Source: Oikopleura dioica
Taxonomy: Eukaryota; Animalia; Chordata
Direction: 5' to 3'
Length of the DNA stretch: 64,000 bases
Assembly: GCA_907165135.1 (NCBI GenBank)
Contig: OU015568.1
Coordinates: 3,224,001 to 3,288,000, forward strand
The notes below the pieces were generated by a model. The model did no database searches and had not been told where the DNA came from. It saw nothing but the letters and a program-made list of their open reading frames with translations. The position numbers were made by a program, and so were the translations under genes. Shown in pieces: positions 37,240-49,728 of this stretch; within the stretch, counting starts at the first letter, position 1; each line of letters begins with the position of its first letter.

Positions 37240-39240
37240 CTAGTTTTTGTTTTCAGGAATTTCGTCCGGGCCCCAGAGCCCTCGTTCTTTGAAATTTTCT
37301 ATCTTTTCGTAAAATATCTTTTTGATGAAGTCGTACAGTTCGTATTCACGTTTCAGCCCTTTTCGAAGGTATTCGACTGTTGCTGGATCTGGCTCTTTTT
37401 TGTGTGCGGTTTTTGACCTGAAGACATTGATGAGAAAGGAAGAAGAAGAGAGGCTTTTACCTGTCGTGAAGGACCTGATTCGCCTTGCCAAGAAGAACTG
37501 ATGCTCCCATGAAGAATCGAGGCGAAACGACTTCAAATGCTTTCATAGTGCTATGAAAATCCTCCATGATTCCCACGATTGCGTATCTGTCGAGGACGTT
37601 CTGTTTTGCTATCGCTACTGCTTCGTCGCCACGTTTTTGACAGAGGCTAGTGATGATATTTAATTAAATTCTCTACCCTTTTTGTCGACATTTTTTTAAC
37701 TCAAAGAAACTACTAAAACTCAAAATGCCGCCTCAGGGACAGGTAGCTCAGAGACAAGCAAGAACTTTCAATCGTAATCGGCGGGTTGTCCCTTCTCGGC
37801 CTGGTGCACAAGTCGCCGATACTTCAAAAGCATCAATAACAAGTGGAAAGTAAGAACAATCGAAAAATACTGATATTCATAAAATTAAGAGCTCTGGGTA
37901 AACTCAATTATAACAAGGAGAAGGCTGACAGTTTTGAAGAAGAGCGTAAAAAACTTGATAAAAACATGCATGAAAATCTTAAGAAAAAAGAGAACGATCT
38001 TGAATTTGCAAAAGGTCTGAAAGATTGTTTTAGCACAATAATATAACATTTTTAAGATGAAAGTAAAGCATTACAAGAGCAACTCCGAGAAACAGAGGCA
38101 AAGATCCAAAAACTTGAAGAGGAAAGAAGTCAACAAAAGAAAAGGGTCAACGAAAAGTATAAATTGTATCAAATTACAAACAGATCACTATTTTTATAGA
38201 ACCGCTGAAATACGAAAGATCGAACAGGATATCATGAAGATCAAGAAAAAGCACGCGATAGAAAAAAATATGCTCGACAAACGAATCAATGTGTATTTCC
38301 CAAAATCTCCTCGCGAATAAATTTTAGAAATCTTACCTTGAAGAGCCACAAAAGAACGGAATGAGATTCGAATATGGCCTCGCACACTCTTGAGCTTCCG
38401 TTTTCACACAGTCATCGATTGACATTGCTCTTCTTTCATCCGGCATGTCATGTTTCCAATTTTGTGCATTTGTTGTATTCTTCGCAGTCTTAACAAGCAT
38501 TTTCATAGTGAAAGCATTTACTATAACGTACCTGAAAACCAAAGCGGAGGTAAAAGTAATTTGAAATAAATAATGAAACTGGATCTCGTGCAATGTTGAT
38601 ATACAGCGGGTCTCTGTAGCCGTATTTCGGAAAGTCGATGAAGTAAACGTGGCGAATATACAAAATTGGTCGCTTGTACTGCGTGATATTTCTGACCAAC
38701 CCTGAAAACTGTGTCAAAAGGGCATAAATTTTGGAAATTCACCGTATTCTTGCTCGTCAGATTCCATGAAATGCTTCATTTTTGGAGCGATGTCATTGAA
38801 AACATTGTAATGAAGCTTTTTTCTCAAAAATCTGATGATGTCCAGAGTCGTTGTCGACCCACATTTGGGCACACGATTGTATACGACGATCTGAAATTTA
38901 TCAAGGGGAGTTCAAAAGCTCTTTTTACCTGAGGATTTGGGGTCAAGCCAAACCCCTTTAATTTTTGCTGCTGCATTTTGATCACTGAAGTGAGGGAGAT
39001 ATTCTGATTGTGTGTAAGATTGTCATTTGAAAGAGTTCGAAGCTCATTTTGGACGATGTCGGAAGGATCTAATTGCGTGATTGCTTCGTAAGCTGGGCCG
39101 GTCGAGGAAAAAAAGACTGTTAGCACATCCAGAAATATTACTGCTATTGCTAGTTTCGGTTGAAAAATAATTAGAACTAGAATTTCTCTCTTGAAATTTT
39201 TTTTCAACCTTTATCCTGAAATTCGAATCCAAGGTTTCAT
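37240..39240 (-). CDS. Uronyl/heparan sulfate 2-O-sulfotransferase family (UST/HS2ST-like)
   Basis: VVYNRVPKCGSTT, RHVYFIDF..YINIARDPVSLFISNYFYLRFG, LIPFFCG, AKQNVLDRYAIVGIMEDF, EYELYDFIKKIF. Confidence 0.9.
37725..38320 (+). CDS. Nested 4-exon coiled-coil gene inside the sulfotransferase intron
   Basis: MPPQGQVAQRQARTFNRNRR...GK / ALGKLNYNKEK...FAK / DESKALQEQLRE...NEK / TAEIRKIEQD...PKSPRE*. All three GT-AG introns are phase-compatible. Confidence 0.8.
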
Positions 39241-40261
39241 AATTTTTCTCTTTCTTCTTTATCAGAAATAATTTTTTCTCTACTAGAAAATCCTAAAAGA
39301 AGCCATTTTCATGGCTTAAACATTATGTCCGGAGTGTATTTTCGAAAATGTCATTCTTTTAGTGCGCTGGCCGGAATGTTATCACTCACTAGTCGGCGGG
39401 GGCTTAGCCAGCGGCCAATCGGTGAGTTGGAACCGGGCGGTCACAGCTCGCACTAGATCAATATTTCAAAAATGAGAAAATAAATAAGAAAAAATATGAA
39501 ATTTATGGAAACCTTCTGTAGGCTCTATGCTTATACAATATGAGTATCATTGATGATGATGCTAAAACCATAAAAAGAATATACAAAATGCAGTCAAAAC
39601 TATTTTTTTCACCAGTATAAAACTGATACTGTAAATGATTACATCTGCTGATAAATGAAGTCGAACTAAGAAGAGGGAGGAAAATTTTGGATATGAGTTT
39701 TTATTGGCCGGTAGGTCAAATACAACAACAAGCTAATTGGTCTTTCAAAAAAGCACTTCCTTTTCTTGGTTTGTGCCAATAATTCTTAACTTTATTTTGT
39801 TATCCATTTTTCAAAAACATCTGCAATAAATGACTTTTATTAAAACCTTCATCAATCGCCTTCTGTCTAAATACTTCAAAAAGCAAATCGACCTCGCAAA
39901 CTTGACAGTTTTAATTTCCGCTTACTCGTGCAATTTTCACATCACACTGGCAAATAGTTACCTAACGATGGTAACTCTCCCAAGACTCCTTGAATCCATG
40001 AACAAGTTTATACTTGTCTCTAAACAGCCGCTTAGCAGGTTCAAGTGCTCTTTTTGAGCAAGGAATGTTTGAATCTGGCCGGACAGGATTAAGGGCGTCA
40101 TATGATAGGGCAGAAGCAAGAGGGAAGATAAAAGAAGAAGAAAAAGTATCGAATCTTTATAATTATTGTTGCTTAGGAACGGATGTTCCATAAACGCCCG
40201 GGCTCGAATCCTTCTCACTCTCAAGATTACCACAGTTGTTCTTCAACAGAGAAAAGCTAAT

Positions 40262-42119
40262 ATGGGTTGCTCAGATTCAAAGCCAAAGGTTGAGGAGTCA
40301 ACAAAAGACTGCCCAAAAGATTACCCGCCAAATGGTCTCCCAGAGAGCATCAAAAAGCTGCCAGAGTGGATTCAGCTCGGTTGTGGTGATGCTGAGTACT
40401 ATTGTGAAGAGAAAGGCGCTGTTTTTAAACCCTCGGCGATGCCGGAAGAGTGCCCTGATTTGTCGGAACATAATAACTTTTTCTCGGAAGTGATGATCGC
40501 AAACCCAGAGTTGTATGGAAAACTGAGAGGCCTGACTACTTCACAGGTAAGCTCTCCAAAAGCATCAAAAATTTGCGATTAATTTGTTAATTTGCTATAA
40601 ATAGGCTGCTTTGGGGAGTTCGCATTGCAAAATTAGCTTTTTTGCATAATATTGAATTAATATTTCCACATTATGCCGTAGGATTTGAATAATTACAAGA
40701 GTTCTTGAAATTGAATTAAGATATTTGCCAATCAAATGAACATGATAATCAAAAATTCATTGGAAACGAGATTTGAATTCAGGGAGTCAACCTTGGTCAT
40801 TGCATCAAAACCGGAATCGACAACCCCGGTCATCCAATGATCAAGACCGTTGGCATGGTCGCTGGTGACGAAGAATCTTACACGCTCTTTGCTGAGCTCT
40901 TCGATCCAGTCATCTCCGGTCGGCACAATGGCTATGCTGCTGATGCTGTGGTAGGCTCATTATTTTCTTTATTTCTTTCTTATCATTTCTAGCACCCAAC
41001 TGACATGAACCCTGAAAATCTTTCAACAACGAAAATCGACCCAACTGGCAACTACGTCCTCACCACTCGCTGCAGAACTGGCCGATCAATTCGAGGATTC
41101 CGTCTTCCTCCATGCTGCTCTTTCGAAGAACGACGAGAAATCGAACGAGTCATTGTCAAAGGTATTCTTCTTTGATTTCAGAAAAAAATGAAGAAATTAA
41201 GGTCTTCTATCCTTGGAGGGTGAATTGAAGGGAGATTATTTCCCTCTTCATGGATCCAGATCTTACGGCCCGAAACCGACCGGAATGTCAGAGGAGAAAG
41301 AGGAATCGTTAAGAAATAACGGAAATCTCTTCCAGGTACGGTTATTTTGGAAAAAATTTCTTTCCCTTTTTCCATCTAGGAGCCAGACTCGACGCTCCTC
41401 CTCTCTTCCGGCTGCGGCCGACACTGGCCCGACGCCCGAGGAATTTTCCACAACGAAGCTGAGAATTTCTTCGTCTGGGTTAACGAAGAAGATCAAATGC
41501 GAATCGTCTCGATGCAGAAAGGAGACGACGTGGCCGCCATTTTCCGCCGATTTGCCGACGCCACCGAAGGCATCAAAAAAGTGCTCGAAGCGGAAGGCCG
41601 CGAGTTTATGCATAGGTTTGCAATTTTAACGATGATTGATTTTTGACAATTGTCTGTTTCTTAGCGACCATCTTGGGTGGATTTTGACCTGTCCTTCGAA
41701 CTTGGGAACTGGTTTGAGAGCTGGATGCATGGTCAAGGTCCCGCTCTTTTCTGCCAGGGAAGATTTCAAGGCTATTCTTGGCAAAATGGGACTCCAGGTG
41801 ACGTGTTAAAGGGGGAGAGACCCTTATTTTCTCTAGGCGCGAGGAGGTGCTGGTGTTGACTCTGAAGCAAAGGGAGGCATTTTTGACATCTCAAACGCTG
41901 ATAGACTTGGAAAGTCAGAAACGCAACTTGTCAACATTTTTATTGAAGGAGTCGCGCAAATTATCAGATGGGAGCAGGAACGGTTTTTAGCTCCGTCTTC
42001 GATCAGTTCTTCAGAAGAAATGTAAAGAAGGGATGTTTTAAGACCGTATAAAGGCCTTGGAAGCAGGAGAAGACATTGAAGAAGCTATTGCGGCCGCTGG
42101 ACTGCCTGAGAAATATTGA
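40262..42119 (+). CDS. Phosphagen kinase (ATP:guanido phosphotransferase), creatine kinase-like
   Basis: [89 protein letters not shown]. Confidence 0.93.
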
Positions 42120-42292
42120 GCTTCTGCTTATTTTATAAATATGACATAAATTATATCATTTGAATAAATATTATTTCTATTACTTTCATTAACACTTTTA
42201 ATGTGATATCAATAGATGAGATATGAAGAGATGTCATATCTCAGATATGAACGTTGGCAGAAGAAGCTTCATAATTTTTGGTAGGATTTTTA

Positions 42293-42451
42293 TTAGATCT
42301 GAAATCGCAGAAATGCCATTTGTCTAAAAGTTGTTTCAACAATCGCATTGTTTCTCATCATTCGAAATCGTCGTCGTTGAAATTGTCGAAAGCTCATTCC
42401 ACTCACATCCATTGCGCAAACAACAACAAGAAGCATTTGAAATACGTTCAT
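42293..42451 (-). CDS. Candidate 52-aa secreted cationic peptide
   Basis: ORF MNVFQMLLVVVCAMDVSGMSFRQFQRRRFRMMRNNAIVETTFRQMAFLRFQI*, preceded by a ttAG acceptor. It is below the ORF-track length cut-off. Confidence 0.35.
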   Translation of the reverse strand: MNVFQMLLVVVCAMDVSGMSFRQFQRRRFRMMRNNAIVETTFRQMAFLRFQI

Positions 42452-43564
42452 TCTGTTACTAAGTTATGTATTACCAGCCTCGGATTGAGAATTTATAGCA
42501 GAGATTGAGTCTGACAGAGCACTGGACCGACGACTTCAATGCTGACTCAAAGTCTGTTTCCGAATTTTGATTTCCGTTTTGGATAAATTCCATAAGAGAA
42601 AAAGTGAAGAAGACGTAATCTAGCAGAAAACCAATAATGAATTGCGTCAGCAAAAAGGGGAAATTCGTCCAAAGCTCTTTTGAAGCAAGGTACTTGAGAA
42701 AATCATAAGCGCGATGTTGTAAGCCGTTTAAAAACAGGTGGCGGGCGTCATTTTATTTTAAAAGGAGGGTTACCGTATTACTAAGTGAGCAGCTTGCCCT
42801 TCCTGTTTCAATCTAGCATTAATTGAAGGTTGATCAATTCAGGACCTGCGATAAGAAAAATGCGCATTATGAACTTTCTAAAAGGCGCTTTATCTAATAA
42901 TTCTTCTGATAATAATCAAAAGAACTTCCTAAGATTTTTTTCTTGGCGATCCGGATTTCGGAACCGGGCTTTACTTTCCTGCACTTCCCCTCTTTTTTAC
43001 CATTATCTAACGACCCAAAACTCCCTTCAAGGAGCCAAAACATGTCTCGAAACTTAAGCTTATTGCATATTTTAAAAACACAATTTTTTAATGTAATAAG
43101 GGTTTTTAAAAAATATAGCGTAAATTGATCAAATCCGGGTTTTAATTCTAATTTTCACTTCACGTATTTATTTTATCCCAAAATAAAGTGTTCGATCATC
43201 GTATTTAGTAAACGCTTGTTATGGCAAAATGGATTTACGGTTTTTTTTCCCAGGTTTGGAATATAATCGAGTTAAAATTGAACCTTGATTCAATTTAGTT
43301 AAACTCTCTAACTTCGCAATAAAAAATCATGTTCAAAAACCGCAGATTCTTGAATTGCTTCTTAAAGTGCGCAAGAGTGACTTATTTTTAGAAAGGAAAT
43401 ACTCCAATTCTTGAATAAGAATTTGTAAAGACTGGATCAGAAGAGGTTGACAAATAAGCGATTAATGATTAAATAAGTCTGGATTTTTGCAAGGTTGTAA
43501 AAATCCAAGTCACTTGGATTTGTTGCTCAAGAACTTTTGAGTCGAAAAGTATGGAAACTCAAGT

Positions 43565-43680
43565 TCGGCAGTCTGTGTGGAAAACCTGAGTCAGGGCCCT
43601 GACAGAGCTTATTAGGTTTCTCTTTTAGCTCTTTTAGGACCCTGACTCAGGTTTTTAACACAGGCTCAAATTTGCCGACC
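43565..43680. mobile_element. Short MITE-like inverted repeat
   Basis: AAAACCTGAGTCAGGG ... CCCTGACTCAGGTTTT inverted pair with imperfect outer arms. No clear TSD. Confidence 0.55.
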
Positions 43681-44473
43681 CCAGCCTTTAAAACTAGACG
43701 CAAACACTTTTGGATTGAATTCTGTCTGCTAGACAGAGGAAAAACTTCAACGCTGATATAAACGAACCGCAAGGCTCAATCTTCATCCTTCCTGTATGTC
43801 TCCTTCGTTCAAGAACTTTGAATTTGAGCTTCGATCCTTGTCTAAGATAAGTTATCTTTCGTAACGGAATGAAAATAAGGAAAAATTGGAGGGCTGTTTT
43901 TGGAAGAAACATGAGTTCATTCATTCAATTCGATTTAGAATGAACTTTATTATCTAATTAACCCAAGATAATATATTACAAGAAAAAAAAATGAACTGAA
44001 AAACTCTGAGAAAAATGATTTTGCGTCAACTAATTCGATATATTATATATGTTGCGTTTTTTTTTTAATCTGAAAAATTATCTTTCAAGAAATACTTGTA
44101 ATTTTAATTGCCGAGGCTCTTGGCTAAAATGAACATGATGGAATTTCCTCGATGAGGTTTCCATTTCATGAAAGATTATGTACTCGCGTTGAGTTTGTTA
44201 ATTTACTGTAGATTTAGAAGCAATCGGGAAAATGCCAAAACATGTCCAATGATCGCGAAAGAGAAACGGAATTGATTTAACCCGTGAATTTTGATAAGCC
44301 GATATTAAATTCCACCACGTTCCAATTAGATTCAAGTGAAATGCTTCCTACGTTCTTTGTTTTTGATCACAGTTAGTTTTATGCTTACGATTTAGAATTA
44401 GAGAGTAGCTTGCTTATACCAAATTTGTTCACGAAAACGAGAGTTCTATCATCTTTTTACTGTCTCAAAGTAA

Positions 44474-44540
44474 CTGAGTCTAACCCTTGAGGTTAGGGTT
44501 AGGCTTAGGCTTTCAGTTCCTAACCCTAACCCTGACTCAG
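44474..44540. repeat. Hairpin with telomere-like TTAGGG/CCCTAA units, CTGAGTC...GACTCAG ends
   Basis: GGTTAGGGTTAGGCTTAGG opposite CCTAACCCTAACCCTGACTCAG. Shares the CCCTGACTCAG end motif with 43565-43680. Confidence 0.55.
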
Positions 44541-44710
44541 GGGTCTCAATTCGCTTTGCGAACTCGCTTTTTTGCGAAGCGAACCAAAGCGAAGCGAATT
44601 CGCTTTCGCACTTGGTAGTAGAATTCGCTTCGCTTTGCTTTCGCTTCGCAAAAATTTGAAAAAAAAGTTCGCTTTCGCTCTGGGATTTTTGGCTGATTTT
44701 TCAACCCGTG
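44538..44710. mobile_element. Degenerate MITE with TTCGC/GCGAA internal repeats
   Basis: Starts CAGGGGTCTCAA and ends TTCAACCCGTG (degenerate TIR). More than ten TTCGC/GCGAA units. Confidence 0.45.
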
Positions 44711-45902
44711 CCTGACCTACACCTTTAGAAAAAAACGCTGGGTTCTCTTGGCATCATTATAAAATACAATGAGACCCAACTTACTTGACATCAATTACAT
44801 AAAAATATAATTTTCATGACTACATTTGTCCCGCATTTCTAATAGTGCTTATAGTAAGCAAAAGAGACAATGTCGCCTAACAAAACGTGATCAAAGACTA
44901 ATTGATACCAAAACTCTCACTTTTATTAAATTTGAAATCGTCCGTTACAAGATGTTCCCAAGGAAAACGAGAAGCATCAACACATTCTACAAGAATCTTT
45001 CCTGTAAATTAGATGAGTGCTAAAATTGTAGAAACTAACGCTTGGCAAAAATTGATAAAAAAAGTGCGATTTAATGATTTCTGGAAATGACCGCAAGAAG
45101 TCGCTAATTGAGTATTTACGGTAATATTCTAAGAAGTTCAATCCTTGCATGAGTCGGTCTGGGGCTTGGTTTATTTGATCCTAATCAAACATGCTTTCCC
45201 TATTTACCTCATAAAGATGTTCTATTTTGAATATTTCGGTCGGCGCAGACGTTTTTTAGAACCCACCAAAATTTGAGCTGTTGGTCAAGTTAAAATTTGA
45301 TTCTTCATATAAATCAATAATTGCTTTCTTAAAAAATACTATGGATAATTTAGCTATTTATTTTGAAAATTTCTGCTAACAAAAAAAAACTGCCAGAACA
45401 TGAAAAATGTAAAAAACCGTTGCGTTTTGTAAACTTGAGCGCAAAGCTCCTAAAGTCTTGACTTAAAGTTGTGACACAAGCTTAATCCGCGGAGTCTTTT
45501 TGACTTAGCGACCAAGAACACTCAACGAATTTTAGGAAGAGCGTAATCCAATTCTTTTCCGAAGAGAAAAAATTTCAAGCTGTCTACAAGCTTAGAAATG
45601 CAAAAAACCAGCGCACTAGGCGTTGATAAGAAAAGTCCGTAAAATCAATATTTTCAAAACTTTTTGTCAGAACGAGAATTATCGCTTTTCAAAAACGTGT
45701 TCTCAGAAATACTATACTAGCTGTTTTTTAAAAATGGGGGCCTCTATTTTAGCAATACAGCAAATACGATAAACGCTCACTTAAAAAATTGATCCCTTCG
45801 AGGGTTTCTTGATGTGTTTTTTAGAATTTGAGTGGTTTTTATGAAATCAAAAAGCGGTTGAAAAATGAGCTGGCTGAGGAATTGAGGGTTGCGGCTTTTA
45901 TT

Positions 45903-46531
45903 TCAGATATCTTCTTCAAAAACAGGGGAAAGAGTTGGAATCCAAAAGACGTTAACTTTCCGGAGAGGATCATGCGCGCGGCGAAGTTTTCGAAAGGCTT
46001 GGTAGTTGATTGGACGGTCTTCGAACTTTCCTTGAGTGTGGAAGACGGTGAGGATGCCTCGCACCTGAAGAAAAGTGATGTTATAACATGTGCGTTCGAT
46101 TCTTTAAATTTATAAACAGACTCCTTGTTACAGGGGTTCATGCGATATAAATAAGTGATAGCTTTTCTTAAAATCGCAAGTACGTGGTGTTGCAACAACC
46201 ATCGGCTAATCTGATTACAAACAAATCGAACAACGCAAAATCTTGAAATCTTGAAGATAAACACTTAAAAATTTTTAAGATCACTTCTTCTTACTAGCTT
46301 GACTTTTTCTCGATCCGGCATCTTTTTGATATTTCTGAGAATCGATCTGTCTCGTCCAAAACTCCGGATCACATCTTGAACCTCGTATTGTATCGGCTTC
46401 CTGTTTCGCCGCGAGTTGCTTGCTTCAGGATGTTGCTCAATAGCTGGGGGAGATTTTTCTAGCCCAAGGAATTGGCGAAGAAGCTTGTTGATTGTTTCCC
46501 AGCCATTGAGCAGCATAACTGATTTTTTCAA
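45903..46531 (-). CDS. Uncharacterised protein (about 3 exons)
   Basis: MKKSVMLLNGWETINKLL...REK / ISRFCVVRFVCNQ... / VRGILTVFHTQGKFEDRPINYQAFRKL...FEEDI*. The last exon follows a ttttcttcAG acceptor. Confidence 0.4.
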
Positions 46532-46954
46532 TGGAAGAAAAGGGACGGAAAAACAAGCTTATCTAGAATTAAATTAAAAATTACATCATAAGTGTTTTTG
46601 TAATATAACATGTAAATTAAACGACTTTCTGGATAAAAACTTGACAGTTTTTATTTTTTTGTAATTGTCTTGTTAAACATTTTTGTTTTACAAACTTCAC
46701 GATCACTTTTCAAAGTGTCTTGTAATTTTGGAAAATAACATGGGCTAAAATGGGCTCTACAATTTACATTTGCAAAGAGAGTATTTTGATAATCCTGGCC
46801 CGTGATTTTTGGTTACGCTTATTCGAGTACCGTTCCGTTTTGGTCAAAATAATCGCTGAAAACGATTCTTGTTATCGACAATTCCTGATTGATGAACTTT
46901 GCGGAGATTCGCGATTCAAGTAAAAGAGCAGAATTCAGGAAATAATTTAGGAAA

Positions 46955-47070
46955 TCTAAGCTAAGCTTGCTTGGCAAATTTAAGGCTTAGCTGAATCAGA
47001 ATTGGAGAGCCTTAGCTAAGCTTACCCTTACCGTAACCCTAAGCCAGGCTACGCTAAGCTAAGCTCAAGG
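46955..47070. repeat. Degenerate CTAAG/CCCTAA-rich repeat patch
   Basis: Repeated CTAAGCTAAGC and CTTACCCTTACCGTAACCCTAAGCC. Confidence 0.4.
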
Positions 47071-47439
47071 AAATTTAAATTTAGTCTACCAAAGAAGCTT
47101 GTTATTTTGATTTGTTCATAGCCCTTATTTTATTTTTTTATGGTAAGGGTATCACGACAATATCTATTACTGAGAGAAAGTCGGTTTTAAAAAAGGTATC
47201 TATTGTTATTGAAAATTTAAAAATGAAAGGATTACATGATAAACAACGCACAATCCAGATTCGCCCTTCATTTCATAAAAATGATATCATGAGTACTCGT
47301 ACTCGCCTCGCGCGCGCCCTCAGTACGCGCTGCGCTCGCACTTTTCCGCGCGCATAAAAGCGCCGCGTTTTGTCGATCAAATCATCAATTAAAAAAATCC
47401 TCTTTTTCCCTTTTCTCGTTTCAGAAGATATATTTTGAA

Positions 47440-48309
47440 ATGAAGATCTTCTCCCTCCTCGCAGTTTCTGCTCTCGGTCAATTCGATGAAGACGGTGTCT
47501 ACGACGGCGAAGGCTGGATGACGAACGGCATCGTCGAAGCTGATGAGAATGACTCATCACCACCCGGTCGATCGTTTGGTCTCGCCAGAACTGGTGATCG
47601 AGGCCTTCCAGGATCGAGAAGATACGCGGATCTCGAGCAGATGGCGAAGAGAACTTGGAAGAACGCCGGGTTCAAGAAAAAGGACAGGTTCGACAGTAGA
47701 AAGTACTGGGCCTACGGATGCCACTGCTATTTGCTCGGCGATCGACCTCTTAGTGAGATGGGCAAGGGAACTCCAAAGGTAAATTATATTGAAAGTTAAA
47801 GAGATAAAACTTCAAAATTTCAGGACGGTTTGGACAGCAAATGCAAGCGCTACAAAGACTGCCAAAAATGCGCCCGAGAAGAGTTTGGCGAAAGCTGCAT
47901 CGGTGAATTCGTCCAGTACACTTGGAAGTATTCCAGGAAGCAGGGCGATTTCATCACTCGAGATGCAGTTGGAACATGCGAAAACGCGCTCTTCCAGTGC
48001 GACAAGCAGTTTGTAGCGGATACTCTCGCCGTCAAAGACATCTTCGACGAACAGTACCACGCTTTCTGGGGCAACTTCGACAATCGAGACCCCGACAACT
48101 GCCCAAGCGGTGGTGGAGGAATTCCAGCGCCGCATCAGTGCTGTGGAGGAGACGGATTTCCTTAGTAAGTCGATTAACCACTTCTTCCTTTTCTTGAACC
48201 CTATTTTTCGACCTCTTTTTTATCCTTCTTTTCTAGCCAATGGATGAACGAAAACAGAAACAAGTGCTGCAACAACGAAGTCATCGGCATTTCCGACATG
48301 TGCTACTAA
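47440..48309 (+). CDS. Secreted phospholipase A2-fold protein lacking the catalytic His-Asp
   Basis: Signal peptide MKIFSLLAVSALG, YWAYGCHC...GKGTPK-DGLDSKCKRYKDCQKC, TCENALFQCDKQFV, and a Cys-rich tail. Confidence 0.8.
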
Positions 48310-48776
48310 TTATCTGTTTCAATAATTTTCTCGACAACTCAGCTTTTTCTCGCTGAAAGATTTTTACTCTTGGCCTCGACAACATGAAGAAAATCATGTG
48401 GCCGTATTTATCTGTACATACATCAACCATTTTTAAGTGTTCTTCATACTTATTATCAAAACAATTTCAATAAAATCGATCGATCAAAACTTTATTTTCT
48501 CGTTTTTTCTTTCCATGCAAATAGCATAAAATTGATTACGAATTGAATTTACGAATTTCTAATTTTCTAATTGTATCTTTTGCCCTTGAAAAAGAGTAAA
48601 TTTGAGACAAAAAAAGAAGCCCGCTGGGGGATTCTGATGATAATAAGATTCGGGAAAATAAAGCGAAAATTGATTCGCGCGATTCTACTTGATGAGCGAA
48701 AATAAATCAGCAGAAGACAGGAGATAATTATTTTTCATCGAACCTTTTTTCTTTCGCAGAGGTTCAGAAAGAGAAA

Positions 48777-49208
48777 ATGGACAAACATCGACATGGAGCG
48801 CAGTGTGAATGCAAATGCACAACAGTAAGACCAATTTTTCTTGAGCAGAAATTAATTTTCTTAGGCGCATTTTGGCAAGTTCCCGAACTCGATCGCGATG
48901 AAATGGATTGAAACAAGCAACGACACTGAAGTTGAGACGGATTTTTACTCAGAGCGCGAGGCTTTTTTCGAATTCATGCTTCCAATGCTCGGCTTGTTCT
49001 TCGCCCTGGCATTTATTTTCTACTTTATTCATGGCTATTCTACTCCTGGTTAGTTTTTTCTAGTTGGGAGACTCTGAGTCTGACAGTCAAATCGTTTTCA
49101 GAGAAGCTTGGGAAACTCAAATCAGCGCTGAGCCCAAAATCGTCGCAGAAGTTCGAAAATTGTCGAAATTCAACGATTCCAATTGTCAAAACTCCAGCTT
49201 TGCGATAA
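48777..49208 (+). CDS. Small single-pass membrane protein
   Basis: MDKHRHGAQCECKCTT / AHFGKFPNS...FFEFMLPMLGLFFALAFIFYFIHGYSTP / final exon ambiguous. Confidence 0.45.
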
Positions 49209-49728
49209 AAATGCATTATTTCAATAAATCATTAGATGACTTATCTCATTGTTTTCTCGCTTGAGTAACTCCTACATGAATTCTTTTACGACTTCGTTTA
49301 TTCTGCATAAAAGGGATGAAGGCGTTTCCGTCTGGAGGACGAAAGGTGCTCCATCCAATGAGACCGCGCCATTGATTTGACACACTTGACGAGAGAAAGA
49401 AAAAGAGACTCTCCTATTTTTTCCTTATTTAGTCTCGGCGCTCAGGAAATTCCCCGGCGGCGAGTTCAGATAAACTCGCGTTCGTTTACTTTTTTTTTTT
49501 TGTTTGCTCGTCTGATAGCTCCCTGCAGAGTCCACTGAACAGTCTTTCGAAATCGCACGCCGAGTTCAAATTTATCGCCACAAGAAGAGATAAAAAATAG
49601 AAGAAAAATGTGTTCGATGGTGAAAGTTGAAGAGAAAATAAAAATAAATTGCGGAGAAGATGAAGAATTAACAACAACACAGCTTATAAAAAAGGTTCGG
49701 CCCTTTATTTGGCCAGATTCAGAAACAA

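Noticed and set aside
39360-39455. TAGTGCG...CGCACTA possible MITE ends
   Set aside because: Only a 7-bp inverted match and no target-site duplication.
45828-46115. Plus-strand ORF LSGFYEIKKRLKNELAEE...
   Set aside because: It overlaps a minus-strand exon with a better acceptor and codon usage, and has no ATG or partner exons that I could find.
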